DNA from: an uncultured Methanobrevibacter sp.
GTDB taxonomy: Archaea; Methanobacteriota; Methanobacteria; Methanobacteriales; Methanobacteriaceae
Reading direction: 5' to 3'
DNA: 64,000 nucleotides
Assembly: GCA_964596915.1 (NCBI GenBank)
Contig: CAZQWN010000002.1
Span: forward strand, 1,507 to 65,506
Part shown: positions 1-6,692 of the stretch, in pieces
How the letters are laid out: every line of letters begins with the position of its first letter
Position numbering within the stretch: position 1 is the first letter of the stretch
Notes under the pieces: model-generated
What the model was told of the DNA's origin: nothing
Databases searched by the model: none
Seen by the model: the letters and a program-made list of their open reading frames with translations, nothing else
Program-made: the position numbers and the translations under genes

Positions 1-341
1 CTTGTCTGATGTGGTGCTTGACTATATGGAGTAGATAATTATGGTTAGAAGCAGACAGAGTAGGCATGAGCGTGTTGAGGAAGATCCGATGGCTGGTACA
101 TCCAACTAGAGGATGCAATGTGGTTTTTCTTGTCTTTGTTATTATTTCCTGGAATATGCAGGTGATGATTGATTCAAAAGAGAACATTCAGAAGAGATGC
201 AAAAAAAGACTGTTGAGATTGAGCGGGGCATTCAGTTGGATGGGGTGCAGGATACAAGCAACTGTTCGCCTCAGGGTTATGCTAAGATGGTTAAGGTATA
301 AGAATCCGTCGACGGGCAAGCTCATCATGGTTGAAGGTTAA
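1..341 (+). pseudogene. Frame-disrupted 3' remnant of a MotA/ExbB-like membrane-protein gene; copy 1 of the direct repeat flanking the ATPase cassette. It probably continues upstream of the window.
   Basis: nt 1-20 and 119-341 align with 3059-3078 and 3086-3310. The protein-like reading (EEMQKKTVEIERGIQLDGVQDTSNCSPQGYAKM.., then ..NPSTGKLIMVEG*) is split over two frames. The tracked ORF 66-341 is mostly Arg/Trp-rich out-of-frame text. About 98 nt (21-118) are absent from copy 2. Confidence 0.5.
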
Positions 342-551
342 TTTATATTATATTAAACTAACGGTTACGGGTGTGGCTGTTATTTTAATTAATTGTTTTT
401 TTATTTTACTCTGGATTCATATCTTTTTTTTTAGTGGTTAGTGTGTTATTGATAAAATCTTTTTAAAATTGTTTTGAGTTTGTAAAATTGCTTCTATGCT
501 AAAAATTTCATCATATATTAAGAAACTTTAAATTTTAAGAATTTAAATAAG

Positions 552-559
552 TTTATATA
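552..559 (+). promoter_or_regulatory. Candidate archaeal TATA box for the ATPase/nuclease operon
   Basis: TTTATATA lies about 50 nt upstream of the ATG at 611. A GGAG Shine-Dalgarno sequence at about 598-601 precedes the start codon. Confidence 0.3.
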
Positions 560-610
560 TGTCTAATTTTATAAATTATAGTAAGTAAATTAACCAATGG
601 AGAAAATATT

Positions 611-1882
611 ATGGCTGCTGAAATGTTACTTGAAATTGAAAATTTAGGTCTTATCAATAAAGCGGATTTGGAGATTGGAAAAATAAATGTTATTGTTGGT
701 AAAAACAGCACAGGTAAATCCACTTCAAGCAAGTTTCTATTTTCACTTTTAACAGCAGCATCTAGTGAAGGAACCCAATTGGCAAACAATAATATTCATT
801 TCAGATTGTTAAATTTTGTAGAGTATTGGAAAGTCAAAACTTCACAGGAAATGGAATCCAAATTCAATCAGGTAAAAAATTCCCTAATCAATAATCCGAT
901 ATCTCCAGAATTATTTGAAGAAGCATATTCTCAAATCACTATAATTTTAGAAGGAGAAGATTTTAAAGATAAGGAATTGTGCATTAATGATTTGAATAGT
1001 TTATATCATATTATTGAACTCAATAATGATGAGAATGTTAGGTATATCACTGTTTTTAATGCGTTGGTGGAATCAGAATATGGAAGTTCATTAAACAGAT
1101 TTCGCAATGCCCATATTAAGTTTCATTGTGATGAATTCAATCAGGATATTAAAATTGGTGATGAAAAAAGTGAAACCCGCATCAGCAAAGATTTTCTAAA
1201 TTACTTTAATTTCCAAAATGTTATTTACATTGATTCTCCTTCAATCTTAGAAAACAATCGTAGAAGTTCACAGTATCATTTACAAATGCTTGAGAGAAAA
1301 CTTAAAAAGATAAAAAGAGCAGATGATGTTTATGGTGATGAATTTTATAAGGATTTAAATGGATTTAAAACCAGTATGGATGAATTAATTGATGGAAAAT
1401 TTGAATATGTTCCATCAGAAGACATATTCATATTTAATAAGGATGGTGAAACCTTTTCCATGCAAAATACTGCTTCAGGACTTAAACAGTTAGCAACTAT
1501 TCAATTATTGCTTGATAATAATGAATTAACAAAAAACAGTTTTCTGATATTGGATGAGCCTGAAATCAATTTGCATCCTGGTTTTCAGGTGGAATTTGCA
1601 AAAATCCTGGTTTTAGCAGCTAGGGACTTGAACATTACGTTATATGTCAATACTCACAGTCCATTTTTTGCAGAAGCAATGGAAGCATATTCAAGATATT
1701 ATGATTTAGTGGAGGATACAAATTTTTACTTGACAGAAAAAGTGGATGGTGTTGAGAAATATAATTACAATTTACTTGAAAATGATGAAATCATTGAGGT
1801 ATATGATAATTTAGGAAACCCCTTTGACATTATCCATAAAGTCAAAGTCCAAGCGGATTTAAAAGACGATTTGGGGGATTAG
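611..1882 (+). CDS. ABC/SMC-like (AAA_15/AAA_21-type) ATPase with no fused nuclease domain
   Basis: Walker A is GKNSTGKST near the N-terminus. After a long helical insert come a signature-like ASGLKQ, Walker B/D-loop FLILDEPEINLHP and H-loop NTHSP. A GGAG RBS lies upstream. Confidence 0.8.
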   Translation: MAAEMLLEIENLGLINKADLEIGKINVIVGKNSTGKSTSSKFLFSLLTAASSEGTQLANNNIHFRLLNFVEYWKVKTSQEMESKFNQVKNSLINNPISPELFEEAYSQITIILEGEDFKDKELCINDLNSLYHIIELNNDENVRYITVFNALVESEYGSSLNRFRNAHIKFHCDEFNQDIKIGDEKSETRISKDFLNYFNFQNVIYIDSPSILENNRRSSQYHLQMLERKLKKIKRADDVYGDEFYKDLNGFKTSMDELIDGKFEYVPSEDIFIFNKDGETFSMQNTASGLKQLATIQLLLDNNELTKNSFLILDEPEINLHPGFQVEFAKILVLAARDLNITLYVNTHSPFFAEAMEAYSRYYDLVEDTNFYLTEKVDGVEKYNYNLLENDEIIEVYDNLGNPFDIIHKVKVQADLKDDLGD

Positions 1883-1883
1883 C

Positions 1884-2618
1884 ATGACATTTAATAATAA
1901 GGATTTTGAAGATTTGCTGAATTTCTTTAAAAATCAAGATAATTTTCCAGATTATGCCCGTAAGTCATTTGATAAATTCAGTGAAGTGTCTAAATCAGAA
2001 AATGAATACAAATATCCATTAATTGATGATGATGGTTGCATTTTTGATTTAGACAATATGTGCTGGAATAGTCATCTGAAGAAAAATGGGCATGTTAAAG
2101 GAAATCGTCCATCATCTGTCGATGCATTACATTTTGAAAATGGTAGGATGTATCTGATTGAATTTAAAGGAACTTTTAATACCACTTTAGATTTAGAAGA
2201 AGTTATGGATAAATGCAGTGAAAAATTGGATGATGCTGATTTAATAGATGCTCTTAATGGTGTTAAGAACAGGTATGATGATGAGATATTATGTAATTTG
2301 AAAATTAAGCCTTCTGATTCATTGTTTTTGACTTTACCTAAAATTTATAAGTATTATTGCGAAAAAATGTGTTTGGAGTATAATAAAGAAGAATTTATCT
2401 CATGGCTTTTAAAAGTTCCAAAAAGGCTGTATGTTGTATTTTTAAATGATGCTTATGAAAGCGAAGGAAATGAGAGTAAAAGTTATAAATATCTAAGAAT
2501 GGACAATAAGCTACAAAAAAGATACGCTCCATTTAAGGAACTTGCAAATATGGAAAATTCAATTCTCACTCAGAATGAATTTAAAGAAGGATTCATGAAA
2601 GAATTCTTTAATAATTAA
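1884..2618 (+). CDS. Hypothetical protein with a PD-(D/E)xK nuclease-like motif, translationally coupled to the ATPase
   Basis: The ATG lies 1 nt after the ATPase stop (TAG-C-ATG), and GGGGGA lies 7 nt upstream. The motif SVDALHFENGRMYLIEFKG reads as D-x12-E-x-K flanked by hydrophobic strand-like segments. I recognise no other family. Confidence 0.55.
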   Translation: MTFNNKDFEDLLNFFKNQDNFPDYARKSFDKFSEVSKSENEYKYPLIDDDGCIFDLDNMCWNSHLKKNGHVKGNRPSSVDALHFENGRMYLIEFKGTFNTTLDLEEVMDKCSEKLDDADLIDALNGVKNRYDDEILCNLKIKPSDSLFLTLPKIYKYYCEKMCLEYNKEEFISWLLKVPKRLYVVFLNDAYESEGNESKSYKYLRMDNKLQKRYAPFKELANMENSILTQNEFKEGFMKEFFNN

Positions 2619-2909
2619 ATATATTGAAAGTTGTTAATTGCGTTTTGTTTAATTCAGGATATAATTGGGATATTATATCATTTAAATTTTTGACACTAGA
2701 TAAACACTTAAATCATCTGAAATACATTTCTATTCGTTCTAGATTTGACCTGTAACATTTCATTATTGATTTCATCAATTGTTATATAATTCATGTGTCT
2801 ATTCTCCGTTGATTTTAATCTAAAAATCCTTTTAGGATTATCTTATCTGTTTTGTTGTGAAACTTCCATTTATTTTTGAATAAATCCGTTTGCATCACCA
2901 TCTCTTAAA

Positions 2910-3310
2910 TTGGGTGCGGGGGACATCAACACTCTGCCATCATCTCTGACAATTGCTTTTAAAACCACTATTGAGGGTATAGGTTCCGGTGCGTTGTGTT
3001 ATGTGCTTGGAAAAATTAGAAAACGGTGGTGTGATAGGGCTGTGACTGATTTGGATGCCTTATCTGATGCGGTGCTGGTTATTGCTGTGGGTTTTTTGGT
3101 TTTTGTTATTATTTCCTGGAATATACAGGTGATGATTGATTCAAACGAGAACATTCAGAAGAGATGCAAAAAAAGACTGCTGAGATTGAGCGGGGCATTC
3201 AGTTGGATGGGGTGCAGGATACAAGCAACTGTTCGCCTCAGGGTTATGCTGAGATGGGCAAGGTTTATAAGGATCCGTCGACGGGAAAACTGATAATGGT
3301 TGAGGGTTGA
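2910..3310 (+). pseudogene. C-terminal fragment of a MotA/TolQ/ExbB-like proton-channel gene; copy 2 of the flanking direct repeat, frameshifted
   Basis: SLTIAFKTTIEGIGSGALCYVLGKIRKRW..DLD resembles the conserved last TM region of MotA/ExbB. After the A7 run near 3168 the plausible reading moves to another frame (EEMQKKTAEIERGIQLDGVQDTSNCSPQGYAEMGKVYKDPSTGKLIMVEG*, stop 3308-3310). There is no N-terminal half. Confidence 0.5.
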
Positions 3311-3443
3311 TGCACAGCCCTTCTTTATTTTATTTTTATGATTAATTATTTTCATAGTTTAATGAACAACTTATTTTTTAATCAGTCTTTTGAGTAATTA
3401 TTTTAATGCTATTTTTAAATTGTAGCTTTTTTCATAAGTTAAT

Positions 3444-3495
3444 GTAGCAGTCCAAGAATCATTTTTACAAAATGATAAAATCATTATGTAAGAGA
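3444..3495 (+). mobile_element. Solo copy of an approximately 50-nt IS-end-like sequence
   Basis: CCAAGAATCATTTTTACAAAAT..TAAAA.CATTATGTAA.AGA recurs in reverse orientation at about 9687-9741. There it lies immediately 3' of a TnpB remnant. Confidence 0.45.
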
Positions 3496-4149
3496 ATATA
3501 CGTCAAATATGTCCATGTTAAGATTGTTGTCTTTTAGGATTTTTAATAATTTTTTATATTTTATGTTTTGGTTTTGACCCAAGTGTATTTCTCAGGTTAT
3601 TTAGTTTTTCTTTATCGTCTTCACATTCGATTATTTCGTTTAAGTTTTCAAGTCCTCATTTAAGAAGGAATTCATCTGTTTAAATTGGAATTTATATTCA
3701 ATCATAAAATTATTTATATCTATATGGCATAAATATAATTGTTAATAAAATTAACAAAACGGAAAGTAGTCCTAGGATAGCTTGTTAATCCTTATGCTAC
3801 TAAAAGTATAACCGCCAAGAATTTTTACCAAATCTACAATAATTTGGTAAAGCACTATATGCAAATATGCAATGAATGTGTGCATGTGATTTTGAATGGC
3901 TACAACAATTTGGATAAATGAAGCGGTTAAGCAAATGTTGAAATTAAAGAGTGTTGAACTGGTTGGATTTGGAAAACAGACATTTTTTAAAAGGTCTTAA
4001 AGATGACGCACCATCCAATATAATGAGCATCAGTGGCATTGAAGCAATCTGATAAACATGATGAGATAAGAATTTAGAAAAGTTGGATGGGGTATTGCAC
4101 TCTGATGGCCAGCCAACAGTGAATTAACGAAACACAGTTACGGATAAGC

Positions 4150-4965
4150 ATGATATTTCTAGACAGCACATATTTAATCGGATTAATTTTAATAGGCATC
4201 TGTGCAGGTTTTGCATCTGGACTTTTAGGTGTTGGAGGAGGATTTTTAATCGTACCTCTTCAGTACTTTCTGCTTAAATATGTGGGTGTAAATCCTGATC
4301 TTGCAATGCTGATTTCATTGGGTACCAGTCTTGCAATCATTATTCCAACATCAATGAGCGGTGCTTACAGACACACAAGAACCATGGACAATATCCTGAA
4401 GCCCGGAATTCAACTGGGGGTCTTCGGTATAATCGGCGGCGCAGTTGGAGGATTTGTCGCATCAGGGCTCCCGTCAAGAGTATTAGAGATAATATTCGGT
4501 TGTTTGCTGCTGTTTGTAGTTGTTAAAAACATTATTGATATAAATAAAGAACGTGATGAAGCTAAAATTCCTTTCAATTTGCTAACAAGTGGAATCATCG
4601 GTCTTTTTGTAGGTTTTTCATCAGGACTTTTGGGTATCGGCGGGGGAGTATTTTTAATAGCTATATTAACCTCACTTCTAGGTTTTTCTTTAATTGAAGC
4701 TATCGGAACCTCTTCAGTATTTATCTGCCTCACAGCAGTTGGAGGATTTTTATCATATATCGTAACCGGCTGGGGAGTAAGTACATTTCCGTATTCTATT
4801 GGATATGTAAGCATTATAAATTTCTTGATGATTTCCTGTTTTTCAGTACCTTTAGCATCCATAGGTGCTAAATTCGCACATAGAATTCCTCAAAAAAAGT
4901 TAAAAATAATATTTTCAGTAGTGGTATTTTATATAGCATTAAAAATGCTCGGAATTTTACCATAG
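4150..4965 (+). CDS. TSUP (TauE/SafE) family anion/sulfite exporter-like membrane protein
   Basis: Polytopic membrane protein with two Gly-rich repeats (GLLGVGGGFLIVP and GLLGIGGGVFLIA) typical of TauE/SafE. Confidence 0.8.
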   Translation: MIFLDSTYLIGLILIGICAGFASGLLGVGGGFLIVPLQYFLLKYVGVNPDLAMLISLGTSLAIIIPTSMSGAYRHTRTMDNILKPGIQLGVFGIIGGAVGGFVASGLPSRVLEIIFGCLLLFVVVKNIIDINKERDEAKIPFNLLTSGIIGLFVGFSSGLLGIGGGVFLIAILTSLLGFSLIEAIGTSSVFICLTAVGGFLSYIVTGWGVSTFPYSIGYVSIINFLMISCFSVPLASIGAKFAHRIPQKKLKIIFSVVVFYIALKMLGILP

Positions 4966-4974
4966 GTGATTAAC

Positions 4975-5340
4975 ATGGGTGAAGAAAGAAAAGTTGGAGA
5001 AAATTTCGATGAAAAGACTGCCGGTGACATCTTTAATAAATTAAAAAATGTTGAAGGCAAAATAAAACCAAAAAAAGAAGACAGCAAGTTTAAAAAGATT
5101 GCAGATTTGATGAATGAGGCAAAATACTTGGAAAAGAAGGGTCAATTGGAAGAGGCAAGTGAACTGTATAAACAGGTTATCTTTACATTGCCTGATTCTA
5201 AAAGAGCTTATGAAGCGTTAATTGGAATATATCAAAGTCAGGGTGATGTTGACAGTGAAAAGGATATTTTGATGAAAGCTATTGGTAATTGTAAAGATGA
5301 TGCTGAGTTTAAAAAGAGATTGGATGAAATCAGGAGTTAG
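4975..5340 (+). CDS. Small TPR-like helical protein
   Basis: The ATG at 4975 is preceded by AGGTGA; the track start at 4966 is a GTG. The sequence is Lys/Glu-rich and includes the TPR-like stretch EEASELYKQVIFTLPDSKRAYEALIGIYQSQGD. Confidence 0.55.
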   Translation: MGEERKVGENFDEKTAGDIFNKLKNVEGKIKPKKEDSKFKKIADLMNEAKYLEKKGQLEEASELYKQVIFTLPDSKRAYEALIGIYQSQGDVDSEKDILMKAIGNCKDDAEFKKRLDEIRS

Positions 5341-5351
5341 GAGGTAATAAT

Positions 5352-6644
5352 ATGAGGAGGAAAGAAATAATTCTTTTTATGACAGTTGGAACAGGGGTTA
5401 ATGGTAGTTCTGGTGAAGATGGTTTTGGAATACTTGCTCAAAAGTTATATTCTACAATTACCAAGATTTATCCTCATCATATAGTATTTTTTGCCTCTGA
5501 AAAGTCCAAACACACTATTGATTATATTGAAGCGTTGTTCAAAAAGGATAATGATGAATTTATTTTAGATGAAGATTATCAGATTGTTCCACTTGAAGCT
5601 ATTGATGATTTCAATGCATGCTTTGAAGTTTTTGAGTCTAAAATATGGGATTTCGGATACTCTGAAAACAAGAATGATTATCAGATAATAATGGATTATA
5701 CCTCTGGGACCAAAACCATGTCTGCAGCAATGGCCTGCTGTGGAATGTTTTATAGGACTGATTTGATATCAATTGGGGGGGATAGGTCAACCGGTGAGGT
5801 ATCTGCTGGAACTGAACTTATAAACTATCAGAATCTATATAAGATTTATGATAGGTTCGTTCTTATCAGATCAAGACAAAATTTTAATTCCTATCGTTTC
5901 AGAGAGTGCATTGAGATATTAAAATATATTGTTGATTTAAGTATTCATAAGGACTCATTTTTAGCTCTTTGTGAGGGATATTATTCCTGGGACATTATGG
6001 AGTTTGAAGAGGCATATAATTATTTAAGACAAGTCAATGCTAACCATATGGAGATTGTGGAAATCAAATCAATTCTAAAGAAAAATCTCAATGCTTTAGG
6101 AATTATTGTAAATTCAAAATCTGAAAACTTGAAGAACTGTTATATTCTTGCAAGTCTGATTAATAATTCTATAAGAAGGGCTGAGGAATATAAATATGAT
6201 GATGCGATTGCACGTTTGTACCGTTCATTTGAACTGATAGCTCAAATCAGATTGAATAAATACAATATTGAAAGTTCAGATGTCGATGTTTCAGTTTTAA
6301 AAGAGAATGATGTTTCAGATGTATTCATTGAAGATTTGGAAAAAACAAGAGAAGATGGAAAAATCAGAATTGGTCTTATTAAGGATTTCTTACTTTTAAA
6401 TGAACTGAATGATGAATTGGGTAAGATATATCTTGAAAATGAAAACAAAATCAAAAACATGACTCAAAAGAGAAACCGTTCAATATTGGCTCACGGTTTG
6501 GATTCACAATCAAAACAGGATTTTGATGATTTTTTAGAGGTTGTTCTTTCATTAGCCCGTAAATTGGATAAAGACATGAACAAATTCCTATATGAAACCA
6601 AATTCGCAAAATTTGATTTAAAATTAAAAATCGATCAGGTTTAA
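5352..6644 (+). CDS. CARF-HEPN protein (Csx1/Csm6-like; resembles the Cas02710/TIGR02710 group), predicted cyclic-oligoadenylate-sensing RNase
   Basis: The N-terminal Rossmann-like strand is ILFMTVGTG. The CARF-type loop is MDYTSGTKTMSAAMA. The C-terminal HEPN R-x4-6-H motif is KRNRSILAHG. GGAGGT lies upstream of the ATG. Confidence 0.7.
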   Translation: MRRKEIILFMTVGTGVNGSSGEDGFGILAQKLYSTITKIYPHHIVFFASEKSKHTIDYIEALFKKDNDEFILDEDYQIVPLEAIDDFNACFEVFESKIWDFGYSENKNDYQIIMDYTSGTKTMSAAMACCGMFYRTDLISIGGDRSTGEVSAGTELINYQNLYKIYDRFVLIRSRQNFNSYRFRECIEILKYIVDLSIHKDSFLALCEGYYSWDIMEFEEAYNYLRQVNANHMEIVEIKSILKKNLNALGIIVNSKSENLKNCYILASLINNSIRRAEEYKYDDAIARLYRSFELIAQIRLNKYNIESSDVDVSVLKENDVSDVFIEDLEKTREDGKIRIGLIKDFLLLNELNDELGKIYLENENKIKNMTQKRNRSILAHGLDSQSKQDFDDFLEVVLSLARKLDKDMNKFLYETKFAKFDLKLKIDQV

Positions 6645-6692
6645 AAATAAAATCTCAAAAATTTTAAAGATAAAAAATAAAAAAGAAGTTAA

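Noticed and set aside
66-341. Tracked ORFs 66-341 and 2910-3293 as genuine paralogous small genes.
   Set aside because: Their shared C-terminal text (RLRVMLRW..) is Arg/Trp-rich out-of-frame reading. A more protein-like reading exists in another frame and needs frameshifts in both copies. I treat them as pseudogene fragments or repeats.
2910-3310. The MotA/ExbB-like fragment as a ZorA-type (Zorya) defence component.
   Set aside because: Only a short terminal TM segment survives. No ZorB/MotB-like partner, long coiled-coil tail or ZorC/D-type genes are present. Similarity to the generic MotA/ExbB motif is not specific.
3760-4148. I considered RNase P RNA, because GGAAAGTAGTCC, TAACCGCC, GGTAAAGCAC, AAGATGA and ACAGTTACGGATAAG appear in the right order.
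   Set aside because: The universally conserved GGAAAGUCC block is interrupted by 2 nt. I could not find a 3' strand able to form the P4 helix with it. GC content is also low for a structural RNA in an AT-rich archaeon. I kept the region only as an unexplained ORF-free segment.
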